Virus record (IMG/VR): IMGVR_UViG_3300023053_000008
Span: 1 to 64,000 of that record
Direction: 5' to 3' (one strand)
Source: a virus
Taxonomy: Duplodnaviria > Caudoviricetes
DNA: 64,000 nucleotides
The notes beneath the pieces are model-generated. The model saw nothing but the letters and a program-made list of their open reading frames with translations. It made no database searches and was not told where the DNA came from. The translations under genes and the position numbers were made by a program. Below are positions 45,793 to 55,731 of the stretch, one piece after another. Position 1 is the stretch's first letter. Every line of letters begins with the position of its first letter.

Positions 45793-47364
45793 TTATTTAG
45801 TGAAAGCTACTAAGAATCCTTGAATTCCGTGACTAGCTAATTCTCTCACCATTTCTTCAGCATTTGCACGTTCTTTATAAGAGCCTGCTACTACTCGTAA
45901 ATAGTTAGTTCCATCTTTTTCAAATGGTACTAAGAATGCATCGATTCCGTAAGATTTTAATTGACGGATAGTTTCGTTAGCATTATCACGATCAGTATAA
46001 GAACCTGCAATTACACGTAAGAATGTTTCACCAGAACCACCTTCAGGTTTTGGAGTAGGTTTAGGTTTACGGTCAAAACGAATATAACTAGAATCGTAGA
46101 ATACGAATCCTTCATTAATTTTTAACCAACCATTTACTTCTGCAAATACTTTACGAGTTGCAGAATTACCTAATTTACCTGCTACGTCATAATTAGTTCC
46201 AGCACCAGAACGGATACGAACATTATCACCAGTTACAGTTAAAGTACCGATTTCTTCACCATTAGAAGGAACTGATACATTAGGTTTGTTGCCATTAGAA
46301 GCAATACCGAAGTATCTAGCTACACCAACAGCATGTGCATTAGCAACGCCATACACATAGTTAGGATCTTGGAATTTCTTAATTTCGTTATTTGGATCAT
46401 CCATGAATAAGTTTTCAGTTAAGCATGCTGTCATATTAGTTTCACGTAATACAGCATAGTTAGCATCTCTTTGTCCACGATCTTTACGGTTAGATTTACC
46501 GTAGAACTCCATTAAAGCATCATGCATGCATCCTTGAAGTTTCATTGTTTTAGCATCGCTTTGACCTTTCATACGGTAGCTTTCGAAACCAAAACCACCA
46601 CCACCATTACAGTGGATACTGATAAAGATATCTGCACCCCATGCATTAGCAATACGAGCACGTTGACTTAATTCATAGAATACGTCATTATCACGAATTA
46701 ATTTAACTTCAATACCAGGATATTCTGCTACAAGAATGTCTCTCATTTTAAGAGCAATAGCAAGTACGATATTTTTCTCCATCATTGTTTGGTCAGGAGA
46801 TACACAACCGCTATCTTTTCCACCATGTCCTGCATCAATAACTACTTTAGCCATTTTTGTTACAACTCCTTTATCAATGTTTTCAGAAGATACTAAAGGC
46901 TGATAAACACCATTAATGATGTCACCATACTTTTTATCTGCCGCCCATCTTCCACCTAAATCATTCCATGTAGGTGCAATACCTCTTTCTACATAAGTAA
47001 AACGAGGATCAATTAATTGTTCACCAGATGGTAATGGTTTTGTAGAAGCATAAGCATATAAATGTTGTAATTGTGCTCTTACACCATCTTTGATAGTTGG
47101 AAACGAATGACCTTTCATTCCTTTAGTCAATACACCTAAACCGCAATAGTTATGTTGGTCTGGTGTAACTGCTGTTCCATTACCGAATCTAAACCAATCA
47201 GTCTCAACGATAGATTGACACATAGCTAAATCGCCACGGATTCCATAAACAGAACCGACTTCAATGAAGGCTTTTGCAATTTCCCCATCAAAGGAAGGAT
47301 TGTTACGTCTAACATATTCTGTTAGTCTTTCAGCACTTATTTGACTAGTACCTAAAATATTCAC
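45793..47364 (-). CDS. Endolysin: glucosaminidase + Amidase_3 + SH3b + two SPOR-like repeats
   Basis: QSIVETDWF and HNYCGLG; IDAGHGG, EKNIVL, SIHCN, LTENLF; NVRIRSGAGTNY; LRVIAGSY and LRVVAGSY repeats. Confidence 0.9.
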   Translation of the reverse strand: MNILGTSQISAERLTEYVRRNNPSFDGEIAKAFIEVGSVYGIRGDLAMCQSIVETDWFRFGNGTAVTPDQHNYCGLGVLTKGMKGHSFPTIKDGVRAQLQHLYAYASTKPLPSGEQLIDPRFTYVERGIAPTWNDLGGRWAADKKYGDIINGVYQPLVSSENIDKGVVTKMAKVVIDAGHGGKDSGCVSPDQTMMEKNIVLAIALKMRDILVAEYPGIEVKLIRDNDVFYELSQRARIANAWGADIFISIHCNGGGGFGFESYRMKGQSDAKTMKLQGCMHDALMEFYGKSNRKDRGQRDANYAVLRETNMTACLTENLFMDDPNNEIKKFQDPNYVYGVANAHAVGVARYFGIASNGNKPNVSVPSNGEEIGTLTVTGDNVRIRSGAGTNYDVAGKLGNSATRKVFAEVNGWLKINEGFVFYDSSYIRFDRKPKPTPKPEGGSGETFLRVIAGSYTDRDNANETIRQLKSYGIDAFLVPFEKDGTNYLRVVAGSYKERANAEEMVRELASHGIQGFLVAFTK

Positions 47365-47396
47365 ATATATCCCTCCTTAAAATATGATATAATGAA

Positions 47397-47408
47397 TATT
47401 AAATTGTT
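47397..47408 (-). promoter_or_regulatory. Late-type promoter AACA-atttaa-TA before the endolysin gene
   Basis: Motif match. Confidence 0.55.
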
Positions 47409-47467
47409 ATAAAAATAGACAAAAAAAAGTAAAGCATACTTAATAGTACACTTTACTTTTAATTAAA

Positions 47468-49474
47468 TTAAACACTGAAGCGGTCTTTAAAGTCTTGAAC
47501 TGAAAGAATTTCAATTCCTAATTCTCTAGCTTTATTCAATTTAGAACCACCTTCAGAAGGATTAGAAGCTACAACTAAATCAGTTTTCTTAGAAACACCA
47601 GAGCTAATTTTATGACCTCTTAACTCTAAGTTCTTCTTAACATCTTTATCTCTGAATCCAGTAAATACGATATTGTATACTACATCATCTTGGTTCTGAG
47701 ATAATTCTGATTTATACTCTTTAAAGCTAAGTTGTTCCATTAAGAATAGTATTGTCTCGCTATTAGATTCTAATCCCTTAATTAAATGATTAGCCATGAT
47801 TTCTGAGAAACCTTTCATAGCTACGATTTTATTGAATAATTCTTTACCTCTATGCATTTCTAATACTTCCATTAAACTAAATTCAGTACAGATTAATTTA
47901 GCAGTATCTAGAGAGATATTTTCAATACCTAGAGAACCTAGAATCTCATAATCATAAGGTACTTTAGAATCTAAAGCTTTCTTCATATTTTTAGCAATAG
48001 TCTTACCTAGACCTTCTACATTAGATACTTCTTCATAATCAATTGTATAAAGATCTTCAATATGTTTAATTAATCCTGCATCCTTTAATCTTTGAATAGT
48101 AGCCTCTTTAATACCTTTGATATCCATTTTAACTAGATAGTTCTGTATTCTACCAACTACTTTACCATTACATTCATTATTAACACAATAAGCAAATGTT
48201 TCATTCTCATTGATTTCAATAGAATGATTACATACAGGACACTTATCAGGGAATTTAATTGGTTCAATATTCTTATTCTTTTCATTATCTAATCGTTCAA
48301 CATATGTTAAACAATCATTAGAGTATGATACAAGAATATCACTACCTACACCTAATCCAAGTTCTTTGAATCGTTTATAATTATTTAATGATTGCTTTTG
48401 ATGTGTAGAGTTAAAGAATTTAACAGGTTTAAACCATACTCTAGGAGTAATAATACCTGTATCACCCATTGTAAAGTCCATACGTTCTACTTGAGTAGTT
48501 TCTTGTAGATAAGGGAACTTTAATGCAGTAGCCCATTTAGGTTCATTTTGAACTGATCCTAACTCATCTTTAATATCCTCTTCCATAACATCAATTACTA
48601 GACCATCAATCATGAAATTTAAATCCTGACGCATATCAATAATATTGTTGTAGAAAGCTTCAATTTCTTCCATAGCATCATCAATATTATCTGCTGTAAC
48701 AATTAAAGCATGTTCAAATAAAGCAGACTCTTCACCGAAGTTCTCCTCAATAAACTCTAGCTGTTCTTCTTTTTCCATAACACCGTCTTCATGTTTAACC
48801 CATAATGGAACTAGAGTCATGTATTTAACAAAGTCATAAGCTTCATTTTTACCTAAAAGACCTGATATTAGGGAACGAGGATTAACATAAGCAATTCCAG
48901 TATCATCAATTAATTTCTTAAAATCTTCAAAGCTTACTACTACTTCATATTTAATACCAACGTTTTCTTTACTTTTAATCTTATGATCTTTAAAGATGTA
49001 TGTTAAATCAACACCTTTACCATTCTTACCACGAGTAAGAGCTTGCTTAGCGTTACCATTATTATATTCAATTACAACACTATTGCCATCAAATTTAAGA
49101 GTAATACAAATAGTAATAGTTCCATATTTATTAATAATTTTAGATAACCATTCTCTTAAATCACCAATATTCTGACACTTATGTAGTGTTCCTACAAGTT
49201 CTTCATAACTATGTGCAACAGAAGCAGTACCTTTATTTAAATCAGGTTCAGCTCCAACAATAATATCACCAGTTTTTAATTTATACATATTATATAGAGT
49301 ATCGTAATCTGTATCAGATATAACTAGAGAATCAGTATTGTAATAGTGATGTGAACAAAATTCTAAGAAACCTTTAACTCCTTCAATATCTTTCTTGGTT
49401 AATTTCTTCTTCTCCAATATTGTCTTAGCTAATTTAAAATCCATATTTGTCATAATAAAAACTCCTTTATACAT
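47468..49474 (-). CDS. ligA: NAD-dependent DNA ligase
   Basis: KFDG adenylation motif, LTRG, DGLVI, ALKFP, CPVC Zn finger, HhH, C-terminal BRCT (VFTG...VSKKTD). Confidence 0.95.
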   Translation of the reverse strand: MYKGVFIMTNMDFKLAKTILEKKKLTKKDIEGVKGFLEFCSHHYYNTDSLVISDTDYDTLYNMYKLKTGDIIVGAEPDLNKGTASVAHSYEELVGTLHKCQNIGDLREWLSKIINKYGTITICITLKFDGNSVVIEYNNGNAKQALTRGKNGKGVDLTYIFKDHKIKSKENVGIKYEVVVSFEDFKKLIDDTGIAYVNPRSLISGLLGKNEAYDFVKYMTLVPLWVKHEDGVMEKEEQLEFIEENFGEESALFEHALIVTADNIDDAMEEIEAFYNNIIDMRQDLNFMIDGLVIDVMEEDIKDELGSVQNEPKWATALKFPYLQETTQVERMDFTMGDTGIITPRVWFKPVKFFNSTHQKQSLNNYKRFKELGLGVGSDILVSYSNDCLTYVERLDNEKNKNIEPIKFPDKCPVCNHSIEINENETFAYCVNNECNGKVVGRIQNYLVKMDIKGIKEATIQRLKDAGLIKHIEDLYTIDYEEVSNVEGLGKTIAKNMKKALDSKVPYDYEILGSLGIENISLDTAKLICTEFSLMEVLEMHRGKELFNKIVAMKGFSEIMANHLIKGLESNSETILFLMEQLSFKEYKSELSQNQDDVVYNIVFTGFRDKDVKKNLELRGHKISSGVSKKTDLVVASNPSEGGSKLNKARELGIEILSVQDFKDRFSV

Positions 49475-49496
49475 TATATATTATAAATACAGAATT

Positions 49497-49509
49497 ATGA
49501 TATATATTT
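49497..49509 (-). promoter_or_regulatory. Early-type promoter variant AAATATATATCAT
   Basis: One mismatch to the 13-mer. Confidence 0.5.
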
Positions 49510-49599
49510 ATTTTCATTTTCATAAATATGTTGGATCTAAAATTAAATAAAAAAAAAAATAAAGAAGTAAGATAATAATCTCACTCCTTTATTTATTAA

Positions 49600-49821
49600 T
49601 TAAAAGTCAAGTCCATCAATAGTATCTAATAAGAATTCTTTTTCATCATAATCAAGACTTACACCTTTACCAATTTTATCTTCATCATGATTCCATAAAC
49701 GGATATCTAGTTTAGGTTTACCATTACCCCATTTAACAATGTTTACCTCTTTAGTCCAACCATTTCTTCCTTCTGATAATACTTTTAATTTCTGTACAAT
49801 TTCATATTTAACGTCAGCCAT
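49600..49821 (-). CDS. YdbC/PC4-like ssDNA-binding protein
   Basis: WTKEVNIVKWGNGKPKLDIRLW...KIGKGVSL. Confidence 0.85.
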   Translation of the reverse strand: MADVKYEIVQKLKVLSEGRNGWTKEVNIVKWGNGKPKLDIRLWNHDEDKIGKGVSLDYDEKEFLLDTIDGLDF

Positions 49822-49841
49822 AATGAATCCCTCACTTTATA

Positions 49842-50348
49842 TTACTTTACTGCATAAATAGTTAATTTTTCATCTTCTGGATAAATGTATTCTTTATTAT
49901 CTACCCATTCAAATGTTATTTCTTTTCTAACATTATCAACAGATACCTTTTCATTATCTTTAAGAGAATGATACACTGCAGAAGCTTGTTCAGTTAATTT
50001 AAGATGATGAGTTATTTCTATTTTAACTTTATTTTTAATATTAGAATCTATATTTTCTTTTTCCGTTAAAGGTATGAAACGTAATTCTTTAGTATTAGGA
50101 ATTTTACCTAATACTCTTGCAATATCAAGTATCTTTCCAGTATGATTTCCTAGAAATTCACTTGTCTTATAAGGTGAAGCTGTATATACTGCAAAGCTAC
50201 CTTCCATATTAAAATGACTTTCAGCAAGTATTTCATCTACTAATAATCTCTGTTTTTTACTAGCTAGTAAATCTTTTTTCTCAGATGTAGCAAGTTCAGC
50301 ATTCCTTATTTCTTCTTCCAATACTTTAATTTCATCTTGTACCGACAT
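49842..50348 (-). CDS. Hypothetical protein
   Basis: GGAGAGG RBS, open frame. Confidence 0.7.
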   Translation of the reverse strand: MSVQDEIKVLEEEIRNAELATSEKKDLLASKKQRLLVDEILAESHFNMEGSFAVYTASPYKTSEFLGNHTGKILDIARVLGKIPNTKELRFIPLTEKENIDSNIKNKVKIEITHHLKLTEQASAVYHSLKDNEKVSVDNVRKEITFEWVDNKEYIYPEDEKLTIYAVK

Positions 50349-50385
50349 TTATTTCCTCTCCTTCATATGTAGTATAATAAATAGT

Positions 50386-51552
50386 TTAGAAGTTTACATC
50401 TTCAGAGTCATTGGCTTTTTTACCAGCCTTTATTCTTTCTTCAACATCTTCCTTACTTACATATTCTAATTTATCTCCTTGTTTTTTATTGTTTTTATTT
50501 TCTTTTCCCCATGAAACTTTTATTATAGGTTTTCCATAATCAACAAATCTAAATGACTCATCGGTATTATATTCTTCTAATACTTCTATCATTTTATCAT
50601 TACCGCTAACGAATGTATTTTTCTCTTTATCATAACCTACAATAATTTTTATTGATTTTTCATCTGTATAAGTATTGTCCTTACCGACCTTTACAAAATC
50701 AACTTTTTCAAATTCAATAAGAGAATCATCCATATGGAATACATTCTCTCTCAAATGTCGAGCAATGTCTAAAATATTTCCTTCAAAGAACTTATCTCTA
50801 AATGTATTTGATTTAACTTTCCATAAACCATTAGCATCAAAGTTTTCAAAGACTTCTGCTTGCTCTAATTCAAACTTAAGACGTTCTAATTTCTTTTGTG
50901 TTGATTCTATTTCCTCTCTTAAAGATTCTGCTCTTCCTTTAGACTCCTTTTTAATTTGAGTAGTTACTGTTTCTTGTAAATTATCTAAATCCTTAGCAAC
51001 TGGTGTAGCTGGAAGAACTTCTGCATAGATACATCTTACTCCATCTTGGATTGATATATGGTTTACTTTGTATCTAAAACTGCCATCTTTAAATGTTTCA
51101 AGGGGTTGGATGTGTGCTAATTCAACTAAAGCGCCACTACTATTAATCTCAATTGGTAAATTACTATTCAAATCAAATACCTTAACAATTCTGAATGAAT
51201 TTAGATTTAATACTGGAGAAATATAACATTTGTCATCAATTATTTTCTTAACAACATATGTCATTCCAGACATATCAGTAAAGTTTTCTTCAATTTCAAT
51301 CAGTGTATTAGGTTTTAAATAGATATCCATTTCTAATTCAGTATGATAATTTATAAATTTCATTGGTTTGTCATTCCCTTCAAATTTTGTAGCTTCCATT
51401 AGAGGTCTTATATAACAAATATCATCTTCTATTCTTACAACTTTGCTTGTAACACCAGCGACATCAGTGAATGTCATACCTTTTTCAAGTATTACATCTT
51501 CTCTCAATACCACATTAAGTTCCATATTACTATCAGCACATACAAATCTCAT
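50386..51552 (-). CDS. Hypothetical protein with 2-3 tandem beta-rich N-terminal repeats and a coiled coil
   Basis: FTDVAGVTSKVVRIEDDICYIRP, FTDMSGMTYVVKKIIDDKCYISP, and a weaker FKDGSFRYKVNHI. Confidence 0.7.
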   Translation of the reverse strand: MRFVCADSNMELNVVLREDVILEKGMTFTDVAGVTSKVVRIEDDICYIRPLMEATKFEGNDKPMKFINYHTELEMDIYLKPNTLIEIEENFTDMSGMTYVVKKIIDDKCYISPVLNLNSFRIVKVFDLNSNLPIEINSSGALVELAHIQPLETFKDGSFRYKVNHISIQDGVRCIYAEVLPATPVAKDLDNLQETVTTQIKKESKGRAESLREEIESTQKKLERLKFELEQAEVFENFDANGLWKVKSNTFRDKFFEGNILDIARHLRENVFHMDDSLIEFEKVDFVKVGKDNTYTDEKSIKIIVGYDKEKNTFVSGNDKMIEVLEEYNTDESFRFVDYGKPIIKVSWGKENKNNKKQGDKLEYVSKEDVEERIKAGKKANDSEDVNF

Positions 51553-51554
51553 AA

Positions 51555-51904
51555 TTAAATTCCTCCATATAGTCCATGTCTTTGTAATAAATTATACATA
51601 TTGTCAAGGTTCTCTGAATAATCATCAAAGAACCTCTTAAAATCATCAACAGTTTGATATACATTTGTTTCATCTATATCCATTATATCTCTGTCACAAA
51701 TATACCATCTATGAAGTCTTCCATTTTCAAATACTCTTACAGTAAGTATTAAATCATTTCTAATATCTACTTCTAATGTAAATCTATCTATAAGAGTAAA
51801 TTCCATTTGAATAGGTGTTTTTCAAGAATATAACTTACAATTGTTTTCATATCACCTTTAAGAGTATCAATATCTAAATATTCTATCTTTCTAATTAAAG
51901 ACAT
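51555..51904 (-). pseudogene. Apparently frameshifted gene: 38-aa ORF (51788-51904) overlapping the 83-aa ORF (51555-51806)
   Basis: GGAGG RBS only before the ATG at 51904; the ATG at 51806 has none; frames offset by -1 around GAAAAAC...TTCAAATGG. Confidence 0.5.
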
Positions 51905-51905
51905 T

Positions 51906-52898
51906 TTAATCCTCCAAGATTTTCTCTACTTTTTCAATTAATTCATCTAATCCACAAGATACTACAGAACATGTTGGATTACGAGGATCTGATTCAAACT
52001 CAACTAAATCTCTCTTAATATTCTTTAAATCAATAAGGAATTCAACAGCATTAGGGATTTTTCTATTCTTACGAACATGCGCGTTTATTATGCTTTCAAT
52101 CTCTGTTCTATCATCTTCAAATTTCTTCATTACTACATCATACTCATCTTGGAAGTAACTCATTACATTACTCTTATACATTTGTCCACCATTAGCATAT
52201 ACGCTAATTTCATTATTAGAACTATAACTATAAATTTTATAAGAAGGTTGATCCTTAGTCTTTTTAGTACCAGGCTCATCTGAATTGTAATACCCTTTAG
52301 CTTCGAATAGTTCTTTAAATAGTGCTAAAATATGTGTACGTCTAGCATAAGAAGCTTTCATACTCATAATACTATTCCCTAAATGTCTCATAGGTTTAAT
52401 ATATTCATTAGGGCTTTCAATCATATTTACAATTTCAATTTCGATATCAGAAACTTTTACATGAACTTTAGTAAACTCAGGTTTATATCTAAGAAGCTTT
52501 CTATACTCTAAGAATTCCTCATCTGAATCCATATATGATACTTCTCCATCATATTTAAGTTTTGACTTTAGATACTCAAATCTTTCATCATAAGTCTCAA
52601 CATCCATTGTGATTTCATCAGTTAATCTCATTAAAGATTTTGCCTTTGTAACCTCCCATAATTCAATAACTGGTTTAGGTTCTAAATCTAATGTATATTT
52701 ACCCTCTTCTCTAATAATATTTCCATTTATTTTGTAATAAGTATTAGATGATGGATATAAACTATAATTGCTTAAATCTACTATATAACCATTTTTACTC
52801 TTTAATACTTTAAGGAAATTTCCACTTGGTTCAATAGCTCTATCTTTTTTACCTGATATTTTCTTTTGTGATTGTCTACTTGATCTCGGATTATACAT
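51906..52898 (-). CDS. Hypothetical protein
   Basis: GGGAGAG RBS, long open frame. Confidence 0.7.
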   Translation of the reverse strand: MYNPRSSRQSQKKISGKKDRAIEPSGNFLKVLKSKNGYIVDLSNYSLYPSSNTYYKINGNIIREEGKYTLDLEPKPVIELWEVTKAKSLMRLTDEITMDVETYDERFEYLKSKLKYDGEVSYMDSDEEFLEYRKLLRYKPEFTKVHVKVSDIEIEIVNMIESPNEYIKPMRHLGNSIMSMKASYARRTHILALFKELFEAKGYYNSDEPGTKKTKDQPSYKIYSYSSNNEISVYANGGQMYKSNVMSYFQDEYDVVMKKFEDDRTEIESIINAHVRKNRKIPNAVEFLIDLKNIKRDLVEFESDPRNPTCSVVSCGLDELIEKVEKILED

Positions 52899-52925
52899 AA
52901 TATATTCTCTCCCTTTGTTTAATTA

Positions 52926-53168
52926 TTATTGATGTTTGTATAAATTAATTTTACAAGTTTCTGGTTGTACTAAACTAGGTGTAATACCTTTATCACTAGT
53001 TCTAATATATCTACAAGTTGAATCAATCTGTTCTAACTCTTGAATTGTATAATTTCCAATATTCTCATTTGATATTACTTTAAAAGCATGTTTTTCTTCA
53101 GAATCATCTCCCCCACAAGCACTTAATAATAAAGTACTTGTGAGGAACATAGTAAATAATTTCTTCAT
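52926..53168 (-). CDS. Lipoprotein (DUF6440-like)
   Basis: MKK plus a hydrophobic core and lipobox LSAC. Confidence 0.75.
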   Translation of the reverse strand: MKKLFTMFLTSTLLLSACGGDDSEEKHAFKVISNENIGNYTIQELEQIDSTCRYIRTSDKGITPSLVQPETCKINLYKHQ

Positions 53169-53180
53169 TATATATTCTCC

Positions 53181-53471
53181 TTAATAACTCTTTAATTTAA
53201 AATATTCATCTATTGACATTCCACCTGCTTTATCACATCCAACAGGTTTACCATCTGGACCAAATATATTAACAATGCCTGAATCAGCTCTTCCAGTAAA
53301 ACTACCAATTAAACATCCTGATCTTTTATCTACATAATAGTAATCATTAATAGGTTTTATTGAACTATAGTATGATACTTCCTCTTCACTTTTTACAGTT
53401 GTTGAACATCCTACAATTAATGATGTCGTTAATATACTAGCTAAGATCTTTTTCATAATGATTCCCCTCAT
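53181..53471 (-). CDS. Lipoprotein (DUF6440-like); probable start at MKKIL
   Basis: Lipobox IVGC; VDKRSGC...GPDGKP. Confidence 0.7.
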   Translation of the reverse strand: MRGIIMKKILASILTTSLIVGCSTTVKSEEEVSYYSSIKPINDYYYVDKRSGCLIGSFTGRADSGIVNIFGPDGKPVGCDKAGGMSIDEYFKLKSY

Positions 53472-53794
53472 ATTAGATTCTCATTAAGTTTATCCCCTAA
53501 TTCATGATGATAAACTAGAACCTTTCTATTTTCATCTAATTCGACTATATCTCCAAAGAATGCGGAACGAATAATATCCTCATCTTTTTCATTAATTTCA
53601 ATATCATGGGTACACATCATACAAGAGAAGTTACCCTCGCTTTGGATTACATGTCGATAACCGCAATCAGATAAAGCTAATAGTGATTTAATTTCATCAT
53701 TTAACATTTTACCATTATTTACTAATATAAGAATAGTTGGAACTTCTTCATCTTTTTTAAAGTATTTATTAATTTCATCTACTGTTAAATGCAT
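53468..53794 (-). CDS. Hypothetical protein
   Basis: Translationally coupled; CGYRH...CMMC. Confidence 0.65.
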   Translation of the reverse strand: MHLTVDEINKYFKKDEEVPTILILVNNGKMLNDEIKSLLALSDCGYRHVIQSEGNFSCMMCTHDIEINEKDEDIIRSAFFGDIVELDENRKVLVYHHELGDKLNENLI

Positions 53795-54273
53795 TATTGG
53801 TTACTTCCTTCTTTAAATACTTTTACTTCAAAATTAGTATCCATAGAATAATCAAATTTAGCATCATAATGTCTTTCAAATATTTCACATATTAATTTAA
53901 TATGACCGCTATTAATACGAGAATCTATTAAGATTGTATTTTCATTAAAATATTCTAATAGGTTTTCCACTGTCATAGTGAAGTTATCAGTTCTTGTGTC
54001 AATAGATTTTTCTATTGCACTAAATCTTTTTAACTCAATTGCGCTATCGATATAGTCATAAACAGATGTTTCACCTTCAGGAATATTTGCAGTAAAGTTT
54101 AATGAAATTATACCTCTACGTAATCTGTCATGAAGTACTGCAATTGAAGAAACTCCTCTTCTTGATGCAATACTAGATTTAGTGATTAAACGGTTTTCCA
54201 TTTCTTCTTTAAGTTCTTTCATATCTCTCAAATATTCATTACCATAGCTTTGTTTTCCAAACATGTCAGTCAC
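53794..54273 (-). CDS. Hypothetical protein
   Basis: Translationally coupled with 53468. Confidence 0.65.
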   Translation of the reverse strand: MTDMFGKQSYGNEYLRDMKELKEEMENRLITKSSIASRRGVSSIAVLHDRLRRGIISLNFTANIPEGETSVYDYIDSAIELKRFSAIEKSIDTRTDNFTMTVENLLEYFNENTILIDSRINSGHIKLICEIFERHYDAKFDYSMDTNFEVKVFKEGSNQ

Positions 54274-54324
54274 CCTTTTTAAGTTAGTTTTTTATAAATT
54301 ATATATTATATAGGAAATTGAGAA

Positions 54325-54753
54325 TTAAGTATCCCAATCTTCATCAAAATTAAATTCTTTATCATCATCTGTATTATAATCAAAATATCCAGTACTATTC
54401 CAATAAATTTTAGCATCATTTTCTTTTAGTATATTCCATAAATCTTCTTCAAATAATCCTCTAATTTCTTTAAATGTTGCTGTACCAAACCAGACTTGTT
54501 TTGCATTAAAATGATCTACAACTTGAAATGATCTATAGAAGTAATCAATGTGAGTACCATCCTTAAGAATTATATCAATATAACCTGTAACACCGCCACC
54601 CTCTTTAGGATCTTCGTCAGGGAATGCCATTTGTTTCGCTACAAATAATAAAACCTCTTCAATATCTTCAACCTTACTTTTATCTAAGTGTTCTTTATTT
54701 TTAAGCGTTTTCATATTTATAACTGTTTTTATTATTTCTTCCATTTTTACCAT
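54325..54753 (-). CDS. Stand-alone EDWDT-ending domain protein
   Basis: VAKQMAFPDE...GGG.G.I...VWFG...LFEEDLW...EDWDT. Confidence 0.75.
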   Translation of the reverse strand: MVKMEEIIKTVINMKTLKNKEHLDKSKVEDIEEVLLFVAKQMAFPDEDPKEGGGVTGYIDIILKDGTHIDYFYRSFQVVDHFNAKQVWFGTATFKEIRGLFEEDLWNILKENDAKIYWNSTGYFDYNTDDDKEFNFDEDWDT

Positions 54754-54792
54754 CCTTTTATAAATTATATATTATGTAAGAGATTGGGAAAA

Positions 54793-55698
54793 TCAAGTAT
54801 CCCAATCCTCACTGAAGTAGAAGATTTCATCTAAATCATTAGGGTCTAAAATTTCTAGATTACTATCAATATTTTCACCATAATATTCATTAGACCAATA
54901 AACTTCAACACCTAAATCCATTAATTCTTTCCATAAATCTTCTTCAAATAATCTAATTAATTCTTTACATGTTGTATTACCAAACCAAACAAGTTTAGTG
55001 TCAAAAGTTTCTAATAAATCTTGCTCAGGTTCTAAATATCTTAATTCCTTCTCACCTTTAAATCTATATCTAATATGACCATTAATTCCTCCACCATTCT
55101 CATCAGGGAATTCCATTTGTTTTGCCACTGTTAATGTAAAACGATCAAGATCTTTAATTTCTTTATTAGATTCTTTTAAAAGATTATCAATATCTTTTCT
55201 AGTAATTACTGCAGGTTTAGATGGTTCTACAATTACTTCATCTTGCGTTTCTTTAAGAGATTGACGATTATTTTCATAATGAGGTTCATCTGTTAATCTT
55301 CCTGTAAGAACAACCCCACCTTGTTCAATCCATCCTACAAATAAATTTAGATTACCATTGACAATTGAACCATTTTGGTCTACCACTTGTAGAATTATCT
55401 TCTGATCCATTAATTCTGTAGCCATTTCTCTATCTGTATAATTTGCAATTTCTTTACCAGTCTCATTCCATAATTCTCTAAATGTTAAACTATCATCGAC
55501 ATCACTTTTAACAGGAACTAATTCTTTAATTTCAATTTCCTCTTTTACAAGATTAAGGAAATCTCTAAATGATTCAGCACCGTTATTACCCCATCTAAAT
55601 TCATGTAATAAATCTCCATTGTCTCTTGATAAGAAATCTTGTAATTCTTTTTTCATAGTATATTCCTCCAATAAATTATATATTATATAGAACACCAT
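54793..55698 (-). CDS. Two-domain protein whose C-terminal domain is a paralog of 54325-54753 (probable start at MKKEL)
   Basis: Same motifs; 25-nt exact DNA match between 54434-54458 and 54929-54953. Confidence 0.75.
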   Translation of the reverse strand: MVFYIIYNLLEEYTMKKELQDFLSRDNGDLLHEFRWGNNGAESFRDFLNLVKEEIEIKELVPVKSDVDDSLTFRELWNETGKEIANYTDREMATELMDQKIILQVVDQNGSIVNGNLNLFVGWIEQGGVVLTGRLTDEPHYENNRQSLKETQDEVIVEPSKPAVITRKDIDNLLKESNKEIKDLDRFTLTVAKQMEFPDENGGGINGHIRYRFKGEKELRYLEPEQDLLETFDTKLVWFGNTTCKELIRLFEEDLWKELMDLGVEVYWSNEYYGENIDSNLEILDPNDLDEIFYFSEDWDT

Positions 55699-55731
55699 TA
55701 ACCGTATTTAACAGTTAATGGTGTAATTAAA

